Assembly: GCA_963931495.1 (NCBI GenBank)
Contig: OZ007020.1
Span: 690,001-722,000, forward strand
Source of the DNA: an uncultured Alphaproteobacteria bacterium
GTDB lineage: Bacteria; Pseudomonadota; Alphaproteobacteria; Rs-D84
Direction of reading: 5' to 3'
Length of the DNA stretch: 32,000 nucleotides
Numbering within the stretch: the first letter of the stretch is position 1; every line of letters starts with the position of its first letter. The notes beneath the pieces were generated by a model. It made no database searches. It had not been told where the DNA came from and saw only the letters and a list, made by a program, of their open reading frames with translations. The position numbers and the translations under genes are program-made. This document shows positions 8,475 through 16,840 of the stretch, piece after piece.

Positions 8475-8763
8475 TTTCAAAAGTTTTGTTATCAAGGTGT
8501 TTCAGACGGTTTCGAATGACACATACCTTGATAATTGGCACGTGGATGTCGTTTGCAATGAAATAGAACAAATGATAGAGGGACAAAATACGCGACTAAT
8601 TGTGAATTTACCACCGCGTAATATGAAATCCATTATTTGTTCTGTGGCTTTGCCAGCATATCTATTGGGTAAGAATCCACGCGAACAAATTGTATGCGTT
8701 AGTTATTCGGATGATTTATCATCGCAATTGGCCAATCAATTTAAAATGGTTAATGATCTATGA
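8413..8763 (+). pseudogene. phage terminase large subunit, N-terminal fragment only
   Basis: 'DNWHVDVVCNEIEQMIEGQNTRLIVNLPPRNMKSIICSVALPAYLLGKNPREQIVCVSYSDDLS' is a TerL N-terminal/Walker A-like region (PPRxxKS). The frame ends after about 116 codons, whereas a full TerL is more than 400 aa. Confidence 0.7.
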
Positions 8764-8795
8764 TGGTGTAATTGCCACTAAACATTAGGTTTATT

Positions 8796-9428
8796 TTAAG
8801 CAATCCATTTTGACTGTTTATCCATATATAGTGGTTCAAGATTGCGCCTAAATTCTTCAACAATATTACGGATTTCTTTATTGATCTTATCATCAGGATT
8901 GATTTTATCAGCTTTCGTTTCGCAAAATATTAAATCATATAACGGTTTGTATTCAGGAGTGTCCTTACCATAATATAAATTTTTGGAAGCTTGCATAATC
9001 ACCGAGTTATAATTAGTCAATTTAAGCATAGCCGCCATGATTCCGTTACCCCAATACATATAAGCATTGTTTTGTAAAGAACGCAACCTATCTATAATAT
9101 CTTGCTGTGTTATCAATCGGTGATGCGGAACAAGATAGTTTATTCTTTCTGGATGTATATCTACCTTGCCAGGATTTGTAATTGCTTCTGATTTAATCCA
9201 CTCTAGAGTCTCATCATGCTCTGTTTGGGCTATCATGGGCATTCTAACATGTATGTATAAATCCTGGATATCGTAAACAGCGCGCATAATTTCAGCAGCA
9301 AGTTCAATTTTCTTTTTACCAATAAATTCCCGCTTCCAAGTATATAAAGCAACCACGGCGAGAATGGGTGTAATAACAGAAGCAATTGCAGAAATAATAC
9401 TATAAATATTGCAAGTCATCGATATCAC
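8796..9428 (-). CDS. hypothetical N-terminally membrane-anchored protein, last gene of the R-M operon
   Basis: One predicted TM helix 'IYSIISAIASVITPILAVVALYTW' is followed by a soluble region of about 175 aa with no recognised catalytic motif. The gene starts (GTG 9428 or ATG 9419) only 7-16 nt after the HNH gene stop. Confidence 0.5.
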   Translation of the reverse strand: MISMTCNIYSIISAIASVITPILAVVALYTWKREFIGKKKIELAAEIMRAVYDIQDLYIHVRMPMIAQTEHDETLEWIKSEAITNPGKVDIHPERINYLVPHHRLITQQDIIDRLRSLQNNAYMYWGNGIMAAMLKLTNYNSVIMQASKNLYYGKDTPEYKPLYDLIFCETKADKINPDDKINKEIRNIVEEFRRNLEPLYMDKQSKWIA

Positions 9429-9435
9429 CCGTTGT

Positions 9436-10611
9436 TTATTTTAAACGATCAAACACATAATCAACAGGAGATTGGTATTTATTCGGCATCATAGATAATA
9501 CAAATCTTCTAACTTCCGGACGAGAATTTAACATATTCTCTATGATATGACGTTGCAAATCAGGAAACGCCCTGTGTGGTGCTAAAGCTCTGTGACATAC
9601 TGGACATAATTTTACCAAATTATCCAGTACATCAACCGCATCAGAATCATTAGCATATGCAATAACATGATTTACTTCAAAATAATATCTATTGTTTCGT
9701 GGCATCAGGAATGAACGATCTTTGATATCATACCGATCACCACAACCAACGCATACATCCGCGAAAGTTTCTCTTGCGAATGCAACAATTTTTTGATTTC
9801 TGATAGAAAATTTATTTTCTGGCACCACATCAATTGGTTCACGAAATTCAAGATCTTGTCTTAAGGCGTTTATTTCATTTGGCGTCAACTCTCTGCCAAG
9901 AATCTTTTGACGATAAAAAATCAGACGTTCTTCAAACATGTGATACGCATGAACTTCGCCCAAATTTCTTATATTTACTCTTAAGACATCTGTTTTATAT
10001 TTATTTATATTCGGGTATCTAGTTATTACGTTTTCGTAAAACCATTTCAAATTTATTCTAATTTGAGTATTTCTCTCCCTTTCTCCTGTGGCAAACTGCG
10101 GTTGTAATTCTCTAAAGTTTAGGTTCAAACGTTCTATCAAATTATTTGAAGACAATAACAGTTTGAAAATATTGTCTACATATCGTGGAGTAGGATTTTT
10201 AAGATCCAACGCATATAAGCCACGATTAAAATCTGCGCTTCCACGCAACAAAAACATTGCCAGAGCAATTTCTTCATCTAGTGGGTAATTAACCGGCAAT
10301 TTATTCAATAATACGATGATTTTTTCATAAATAGCATTCAGAAAATCATCCAATGATATGCGTTTGTCATTGACGACAGTTGCAGCTATGGTTGTTGCGT
10401 TTATTTGAACAAAATCAATTCCATATTTACGAGTCAGCGCTTGAGCTGTTTTCTTATGTGAATCCGCTGGCAAAGGTAAAAACTTCGTTATTCTGTACCT
10501 GGATTGAATTTCAAAATTTCCGTCTTTTTCATCGGCAGCATTGAAAAACGCTACGAAAAGAGTTTCTATCGGCATTTGTAATAGTTGACCTATATTCATA
10601 ACAATCCCCAC
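9436..10611 (-). CDS. HNH-family restriction endonuclease (putative R subunit)
   Basis: The C-terminal 'CVGCGDRYD...FEVNHVIAYANDSDAVDVLDNLVKLCPVCHRAL' is a zinc-linked HNH (CxxC...NH...N...CxxCH) motif. The N-terminal ~290 aa are unassigned and presumably bind DNA. The start overlaps the methyltransferase stop by 1 nt (TAGTG). Confidence 0.7.
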   Translation of the reverse strand: MGIVMNIGQLLQMPIETLFVAFFNAADEKDGNFEIQSRYRITKFLPLPADSHKKTAQALTRKYGIDFVQINATTIAATVVNDKRISLDDFLNAIYEKIIVLLNKLPVNYPLDEEIALAMFLLRGSADFNRGLYALDLKNPTPRYVDNIFKLLLSSNNLIERLNLNFRELQPQFATGERERNTQIRINLKWFYENVITRYPNINKYKTDVLRVNIRNLGEVHAYHMFEERLIFYRQKILGRELTPNEINALRQDLEFREPIDVVPENKFSIRNQKIVAFARETFADVCVGCGDRYDIKDRSFLMPRNNRYYFEVNHVIAYANDSDAVDVLDNLVKLCPVCHRALAPHRAFPDLQRHIIENMLNSRPEVRRFVLSMMPNKYQSPVDYVFDRLK

Positions 10612-11351
10612 TAAATATCATTAAAAATTCTTTTATATGACATGTTGTAGAATTTTTCATCCAATTCTACACCTATAAAGTGTCTGTTTTGACGGACACA
10701 TGCAATACCTGTACTGCCACTACCCATAAATGGGTCTAACACCAAATCCCCGGGGTTTGTTAAGGTTTTTACAAGAAATTCCATCAAACATACAGGCTTC
10801 TGGGTTGGGTGCCCCAATCTTTCTTTTCCACTTGGCGATGGACATTTGATCTCTGGTCTTAAATATGAGCCACTAGTATTATTAAATGTCCATTTCTTTT
10901 TGCCTTTGACACACCATATTGCCAATTCATAATCAGCAACGAACCGACTGGACATATTACGTGGCATTGGATTTGGTTTAATCCACCTTATCAAGTCTTT
11001 TACAGAGTATCCATGTTGCTCTAACGTTTTTGCTATCGTTCCGATATTCAAAAAACTATTAAATATAACGATATTACCGCCTTCTTTTAATAATGTATCA
11101 GCAATATCTAACCAAGATAATAAGTCAAAGCCTTTATCCCATTCACCAAAATCCACCCCCTGTCTTTTAGCAGATTTCATTGTTCCAAAATTATTGCTCT
11201 TAGATATGTTATATGGTGGATCTGTAATAATAGCATCAACTTTTATACCTTTCTTAGCTAAATCGGTCATAGCAATCAAACAGTCTCCGTGTATAAGTTG
11301 AACGGATTCTTTGTTGAGTAAGCCATTAAAATCCATCTGACTATTATTCAT
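10611..11351 (-). CDS. beta-class DNA methyltransferase (N6-adenine or N4-cytosine)
   Basis: Motif IV 'IITDPPYN' lies near the N-terminus and motif I 'LDPFMGSGSTGIA' near the C-terminus. The gene overlaps the m5C methyltransferase gene by 8 nt. Confidence 0.9.
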   Translation of the reverse strand: MNNSQMDFNGLLNKESVQLIHGDCLIAMTDLAKKGIKVDAIITDPPYNISKSNNFGTMKSAKRQGVDFGEWDKGFDLLSWLDIADTLLKEGGNIVIFNSFLNIGTIAKTLEQHGYSVKDLIRWIKPNPMPRNMSSRFVADYELAIWCVKGKKKWTFNNTSGSYLRPEIKCPSPSGKERLGHPTQKPVCLMEFLVKTLTNPGDLVLDPFMGSGSTGIACVRQNRHFIGVELDEKFYNMSYKRIFNDI

Positions 11352-12411
11352 CTTCAGCTTTTATTATCTCTTGTGCTATTGCGTTGGCTAATCTAGGCGG
11401 CACAGCATTGCCAATCTGTTTTATTATAGACGATTTATTGCCATAAAAGACAAACTCATCTGGAAATGATTGGATACGCGCTGCCTCTCGCGGCGTTATA
11501 GACCTGTTCAAAAACGGGTGATTATTACGACCATTTGATGGCGTATCAAATCTGGTAACGATGGTAGGTGACGGTTTGTCTTTTTCAAGACGCCCCCATG
11601 TTCCACCAAATGTAGATTTAGTCAAATGCTCTTTTGGTAAAAACTCTTTGCCTTTTTCTGGTGGAATTAAAGATAACCTGTATATGGCTACATCTGAATG
11701 CTTTGTCGCCACATGATTATACAATTTCTTGCTGTTTTTGCGAAGCTCTTTTTGATAATCACTTTGTGCAGCATTTCTATATTCTGAAATAAAATCTCCT
11801 TCACCAGATTCTAGATAAGCTAAATCTGAAATGGCGTCCCAAACCGAAACCTGTCTTGCTTGTAAATTTTGAACAGGTAGTTTGATTTCGCCCCTTTTTG
11901 TACCTATAAATACAGCTCTTCTTCTGGTTTGTGGTACGCCAAAGTATCGGGCATCCAATACCCCATAATTAACAGTATAGCCTTGTCTGTGCGCTTCCTT
12001 CAAAATAAGTTTCAGGAAATAACCATTTTCTGTACCAAGTATACTTGCGACGTTTTCAATGACAAAATATTTTGGATTAAAGAACTTAGTATATCTAAAA
12101 AATTCTTTGAACAAAAAGTTTCTCTCATCTTCTCTGCCAAGACATTTACCACGTGTTGAAAAACCCTGACACGGGGGCCCACCAACGATGATATCAATTT
12201 TCGCGTCTATTTGTTTTGCGATATCTTTTATATCTAACTTACAAATATCGCCTATAAATACCTTTGCATTTGGATTGTTTTTAGCATATGAAGCCGCTAT
12301 CGTTGGGTCCCACTCCAACCCAGCGACAACATTAAAACGACCAGTCTGTTCAAAACCAAGACTCAAACCGCCAACACCGCAAAACAATTCAAACAAATTG
12401 AGTTTTTTCAT
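11344..12411 (-). CDS. dcm: DNA (cytosine-5)-methyltransferase
   Basis: The canonical m5C motifs are present: 'LFCGVGGLSLGF' (I), 'GGPPCQGFS' (IV), 'ENV' (VI), 'PQTRRR' (VIII) and 'QIGNAVPP' (X). Confidence 0.95.
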   Translation of the reverse strand: MKKLNLFELFCGVGGLSLGFEQTGRFNVVAGLEWDPTIAASYAKNNPNAKVFIGDICKLDIKDIAKQIDAKIDIIVGGPPCQGFSTRGKCLGREDERNFLFKEFFRYTKFFNPKYFVIENVASILGTENGYFLKLILKEAHRQGYTVNYGVLDARYFGVPQTRRRAVFIGTKRGEIKLPVQNLQARQVSVWDAISDLAYLESGEGDFISEYRNAAQSDYQKELRKNSKKLYNHVATKHSDVAIYRLSLIPPEKGKEFLPKEHLTKSTFGGTWGRLEKDKPSPTIVTRFDTPSNGRNNHPFLNRSITPREAARIQSFPDEFVFYGNKSSIIKQIGNAVPPRLANAIAQEIIKAEDE

Positions 12412-12676
12412 TATTCCTTCCGATAGAAAAACTATACAAGAATTTTACAAACAAAATCAAGGCGATTTACAACTTTCTATAAGCCCCATTTTTACCCAAT
12501 GTTACTATTCGGAACACTTTAAGGTACAATAAATCACAAAATCTGTGAATGTTATCCAAATAGGAGTGGATAGTCATTTCTTTATATATATCAGACATTT
12601 TGTGTAATAGAGTTTTATCAACTTGACTTTCTGCGCTTTGTAAGCAGTAATGGCACAACCTTAAAAGGATGTGATC

Positions 12677-13114
12677 ATGGCAAAAATTGAATTACCAACG
12701 ACATTGGATGAATTACGTGCGATGTCGTTCGCAGATCGGGTGGCATTATGGGCAAAATACTCACAATATCCGTTTAAACGGCAAATGCGGTCGCTTTGGT
12801 ATTATATTCAATGTGACCGCCTAAACCTGCGAATTGAGCATAAATATCTTGTGCAAATCCGCAAATACAAAGACGATCCAGAAAAATGCTTAACCAGTGT
12901 CCAAAAAAACAAATATAATTTTGTTCCTGGCACAATTCTGACCCGATATTTCAAGGGCATAAAACATGCTATCTTGGTCAATGATGACGGCAGTTTTTCT
13001 TATAACGGCGATAAATATTCAACATTGTCGGGGATAGCAACCAAGATTGCTGGTATGAAAATGTCTGGCAACTTCTTCTTTGGTATAAACAAAAGGTACA
13101 AACATGACAATTAA
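12677..13114 (+). CDS. DUF2924 domain protein (recombinase-associated)
   Basis: 'RSLWYYIQC..L' and the C-terminal 'YSTLSGIATKIAGMKMSGNFFFGI' are DUF2924-like. The gene overlaps the downstream serine recombinase by 11 nt. The ATG at 12677, with an AAAGGA Shine-Dalgarno sequence, is preferred over the GTG at 12671. Confidence 0.65.
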   Translation: MAKIELPTTLDELRAMSFADRVALWAKYSQYPFKRQMRSLWYYIQCDRLNLRIEHKYLVQIRKYKDDPEKCLTSVQKNKYNFVPGTILTRYFKGIKHAILVNDDGSFSYNGDKYSTLSGIATKIAGMKMSGNFFFGINKRYKHDN

Positions 13115-14693
13115 GTGTGCGATTTATACCCGCAAATCCACCGAACATGGCTTGGAACAGGAGTTCAATTCTCTGCAAAACCAGGAAGAATCCTGCAAGG
13201 CTTATATTGCTTCACAGGCTTTTAATGGGTGGCAATATTACAAAACCTATAGTGATGCAGCAATATCTGGCGGAACTATGGATAGACCAGCGTTAAAACA
13301 AATGTTGGACGATATGGCGCATGGATTGGTGAATACTGTGGTTGTTTACAAGGTCGACCGATTATCGCGTTCAATCCTGGATTTCCATAATATGATGAAG
13401 TATTTCGAAAAATACGGTGCGAATTTCGTGTCCATTACACAATCATTTGATACCAGCACATCAATGGGAAAGCTAACCTTGAATATGTTGCTATCTTTTG
13501 CCCAATTTGAACGCGAAGTGTCATCGGAACGTGTGCGTGATAAAATTCGCGCTAGCAAAGCCAAAGGTCTATGGATGGGCGGTAATCCGCCACTGGGGTA
13601 TGATGTGATAGATAAGAAACTGGTTCCGAACGCGGTTGAGGCCACAAATGTTCGGAAACTTTTTGAAAAGTATCTGGAACTGCAATCTGTAAATGCATTA
13701 ACAGAATATGCCGTGGCGCACAAAATATATGCCAAACAATGGGTAACCGCCAAAGGTATTATCAAAGGCGGTCGCCCCATTGCAAAAATGAGTATGCACC
13801 GTATCCTGCGGGATAAGATTTACATCGGTCAAATTGGAAACAAAAAAGAAGGCACTTTTGCCAAAGGTGAACACGAACCAATAATTCCCGAAGAACTGTT
13901 TAATCGTGTTCAGGTTGCGCTGGCTAATAATTCCAACAACAAATCATCCAGCACGCGTGCACCGAATATACTAACTGGCAAACTGTTTAATCATAATGGT
14001 GTTAAATTTATAAATCAAAGCACCTGTGGTAATGGCAAAAAGGCCGCGTATTATTATGCAACCAAAGGCTTCTATCTGACCGCGGCACGAGTAGATGAGA
14101 TTGTAGTCAAAACTATAACACGATTTCTAAACAGCGACATGTCAGAACTACCAATTAACTTGGTTGGCATACTAAAACGCATCAATATAACAGATATGTC
14201 ATATGCACAGAAACGTGATCTTATTCGGTCGTTGATTGAAAAGATTGTATATTCACAGGAACAACTTATTTACACACTGACCACAGATGCACAAAAACTA
14301 CAGCTATTTATAAATGAAAATTATGTTAATCAAACCGCTGAACCAATGGAATACATCATCGGTGACAACAACATAACGATCACAGAAAAAGTGTTTCTAC
14401 GAAAATACGTTAACACGGTGTACGACCACGGTAAAAATGGTGTTCTAAGTGTAACAGATAATAATCATCTAATCGTCAGAGCATTTGCAACCGCGTGGAA
14501 ATATAGGGGACTATATGAACGTGACGGTGGGGTTGATAATATCATCCGTAATCTGCACACATCCCCACGACAATTTTATCGATATTTAGACATCGCATAC
14601 ATGAATCCAAAAAAAGCGAACCAGATCCTGTCTGGTAGACTAAAAATCAACGTTAATGATTTGTTTCAGATTGCACGTGAGAATCATTTTTAA
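13104..14693 (+). CDS. large serine recombinase
   Basis: The resolvase-type catalytic N-terminus reads 'CAIYTRKSTEHGLEQEFNSLQNQ' and 'VVVYKVDRLSRS'. The 'GLWMGGNPPLGYD' recombinase domain and the 529-aa length fit a large serine recombinase. Confidence 0.9.
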   Translation: MTIKCAIYTRKSTEHGLEQEFNSLQNQEESCKAYIASQAFNGWQYYKTYSDAAISGGTMDRPALKQMLDDMAHGLVNTVVVYKVDRLSRSILDFHNMMKYFEKYGANFVSITQSFDTSTSMGKLTLNMLLSFAQFEREVSSERVRDKIRASKAKGLWMGGNPPLGYDVIDKKLVPNAVEATNVRKLFEKYLELQSVNALTEYAVAHKIYAKQWVTAKGIIKGGRPIAKMSMHRILRDKIYIGQIGNKKEGTFAKGEHEPIIPEELFNRVQVALANNSNNKSSSTRAPNILTGKLFNHNGVKFINQSTCGNGKKAAYYYATKGFYLTAARVDEIVVKTITRFLNSDMSELPINLVGILKRINITDMSYAQKRDLIRSLIEKIVYSQEQLIYTLTTDAQKLQLFINENYVNQTAEPMEYIIGDNNITITEKVFLRKYVNTVYDHGKNGVLSVTDNNHLIVRAFATAWKYRGLYERDGGVDNIIRNLHTSPRQFYRYLDIAYMNPKKANQILSGRLKINVNDLFQIARENHF

Positions 14694-14697
14694 AAAA

Positions 14698-16626
14698 TTA
14701 TTTTTTTAAAATATTGCAATATTGATCTTCAAGATATTTTATGCCGTCTTCTTTATCAACACGACTATTTAACATTTGTTTCATATTGAACAAAGATTGT
14801 TCATTGTCATTTAAAATATCCGCCCATGTTTTTATGTATAGTCTTTTATTCGGTGTGTCTTGTACACCGTAATTTATAAATCCGGTTTTCTTGTTTTCTA
14901 TTTCTTTTTTTGCCTCGGGTTTAATTTTAGAAGAAACCACAATTATATCCATCTCATATTTATCAAACTGAGCATTTGATGTAATGGTGTTGTAATATTT
15001 TTTAATTTGGGTGACCTCTTCAAATCCTATATCAACACTAGGCCTTTTTAATTCAACTATAAGTGCTTTTGGAGTGTCTCCAGAAAAACATTTTCTAGCA
15101 AAAAATAAGTCAGGTATATAATCACCACCGACAATATCATCGTGACCAACAAAATCTTTCAAGCCATCGCGTAATTCTTTTATAATCGTGCTAAAGGAAT
15201 TATCAGAAGCCAAAAAATTAAACTTTTCGCCAAAAATCCATGTTTCGTTTTCAATAATTTTATGTAATTGAGAACGTTCTTTTATATTTTTCAATTCGCC
15301 ATATGCTATTTGTCGTAATCCCTCTAAAAATTTTAATCTGTGCTGTATTGTTGATGATGTTTTTATTATCGAATTTAACGAAACTTCTTTCAATAAATCG
15401 GAAAAGTCTTGCATCTCTTCTGGTGTTAAATCCATTAACTTTTCTAATACATCTTTAAAATTTTCTGGATCACGTTGTATAACTAATTGGATTGTATTAA
15501 CGATACCCCTTTTTATGGACTGGGGAGTAGAGCTTTTAAACACTGAAGGACGAGTTGAGTTGAGTTTTATTAAAATTTTATCATATATGTGCTTGGTTTG
15601 TTCTTCTGATACAGATAACTTATCATCATCATCATATGGATAAATACCATCTTCCTTAAGAATTTGAATAATATCTTCAGATTTTTGTTTGTTGTGGTTA
15701 AAAATAAAACTATTTTTTAATTCAATAGCTTGACTTTTGATAGAAGATAATTCTGGATCTAAATTAGCGACACTTAGACGATTTTCTTTGTATGCATTTG
15801 CCACCCTGTCAGCTGCAATATAAACAGAATGATTTGATGTTTTTTTAAGGTCGTCTAATTGATCTTCTAATATCGTGTTCCAACTTGAATCGCACCAAAA
15901 CAAACGATTGTTTTCTGCTGTAGTGGTTTTCCAAACGATGGTTTTCATTTGTACATCCTCATTTGGATTAGGTAAAGTCTTTATGTCACTTGTTGCTTCA
16001 ATGTGGTCAGAAATATCTAAAGAGCTCCCGTTCAGAGTAATCGATACTCGTTTATCCTCAATAATTGTGAGGAAGAAACGTTCCAATATTTCTTTTAGCT
16101 CTTGTTGTGGTGGTATTTTTACAGTCTTACCATTTGCATATGCCGTAAAAATAGTTCCTGTTTTTGTTTTTATATCAGAGGCATCTACATCGTCTTCTAT
16201 CTCTGGTTTTAGTGGGTTATCAATATTTATTGTCACTCTTGTAGAATCTTTGTCGGTTTTTGTTTTCCATTCTACGATGTTGCCTAAAGCAAAGCTCTTG
16301 AAACGTCCTTGCCCATTTCTTCCGTGTACTAATCGATTAAAATCGTTTGTTTGGCCAATCCGTTTATTTGACATGCCAAAAGTCAAAAATGGGTCAACTT
16401 CTGTATTCTCGTTTGGTTTATAAAAACCTTTCCCATTATCCACAACCGTAATTTTATCTATAACCTTTAACTCATTTGTATAGATATTTATATCTATGCT
16501 ACTTGCTGAAGCATCTAATGAGTTATATACTATTTCCTCAAGTGCCCCAACAGGACTCGAGTTACTATAATTAGTGTTAATTAACTTGGGATTTGTTCGT
16601 ATATTAGCAGTTCGTATGTTTGGCAT
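14698..16626 (-). CDS. GHKL (MORC/MutL-like, HATPase_c_3-type) ATPase fused to a C-terminal PD-(D/E)xK nuclease (Shedu/DUF4263-like)
   Basis: N-terminal Bergerat-fold motifs are 'EEIVYNSLDA' (ExxxNxxDA), 'VVDNGKGF' (DxGxG) and 'GRNGQGRFKSFALG'. The C-terminal nuclease signature is 'ETWIFGEKF...YIPDLFF...ALIVELKRP...QIKKY' (D...ExK). The protein is 642 aa with no same-strand partner gene. Confidence 0.6.
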   Translation of the reverse strand: MPNIRTANIRTNPKLINTNYSNSSPVGALEEIVYNSLDASASSIDINIYTNELKVIDKITVVDNGKGFYKPNENTEVDPFLTFGMSNKRIGQTNDFNRLVHGRNGQGRFKSFALGNIVEWKTKTDKDSTRVTINIDNPLKPEIEDDVDASDIKTKTGTIFTAYANGKTVKIPPQQELKEILERFFLTIIEDKRVSITLNGSSLDISDHIEATSDIKTLPNPNEDVQMKTIVWKTTTAENNRLFWCDSSWNTILEDQLDDLKKTSNHSVYIAADRVANAYKENRLSVANLDPELSSIKSQAIELKNSFIFNHNKQKSEDIIQILKEDGIYPYDDDDKLSVSEEQTKHIYDKILIKLNSTRPSVFKSSTPQSIKRGIVNTIQLVIQRDPENFKDVLEKLMDLTPEEMQDFSDLLKEVSLNSIIKTSSTIQHRLKFLEGLRQIAYGELKNIKERSQLHKIIENETWIFGEKFNFLASDNSFSTIIKELRDGLKDFVGHDDIVGGDYIPDLFFARKCFSGDTPKALIVELKRPSVDIGFEEVTQIKKYYNTITSNAQFDKYEMDIIVVSSKIKPEAKKEIENKKTGFINYGVQDTPNKRLYIKTWADILNDNEQSLFNMKQMLNSRVDKEDGIKYLEDQYCNILKK

Positions 16627-16807
16627 ATAATTCCTTATAGTTTAGGCGTATTTTATTACTCAGATTAGATAAAATCAATTTATTTTATCGTAAACTGGCA
16701 TCAGACAATCAGGCAGGTTATATAGTTGGCGTGGATTTGGTCGAGTTGGCTATGAATAGTGATATACACCGGTAATATCGCCCACAAAAATCGCCAGAAA
16801 CGGGGCG

Positions 16808-16840
16808 AAAAAGAACATCCCGCGGAATTACCACGGGATG
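16808..16840 (-). terminator. putative rho-independent terminator downstream of tRNA-Ser
   Basis: A 7-bp stem pairs CATCCCG (16816-16822) with CGGGATG (16834-16840). On the minus strand it is followed by TTCTTTTT. Confidence 0.45.

Larger units (their letters stand above)
8764..16660. mobile_element. putative large-serine-recombinase-associated cargo block (R-M operon, DUF2924, recombinase, GHKL-nuclease)
   Basis: The block starts exactly where terL is truncated and contains its own recombinase. A weak 12/14 direct repeat TTAGG(TT/CG)TATTTTA lies at 8786-8799 and 16642-16655. The boundaries are not proven. Confidence 0.3.

Noticed and set aside
15875-16423. 182-aa plus-strand ORF inside the GHKL-nuclease gene, and similar long antisense ORFs (for example 8167..8586 minus, 13346..13780 minus, 30542..31072 plus, 30744..31307 plus, 25982..26329 minus)
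   Set aside because: All lie fully antisense to genes with strong family motifs and have low-complexity, motif-free translations. These are typical shadow ORFs.
16641-16775. Short plus-strand open frame between the GHKL gene and the tRNA ('...ASDNQAGYIVGVDLVELAMNSDIHR'), considered as the missing 3' part of terL or a small gene
   Set aside because: It has no start codon or Shine-Dalgarno sequence, no resemblance to terminase C-terminal motifs, and is under 45 codons. It was treated as non-coding promoter or leader DNA of the GHKL gene.
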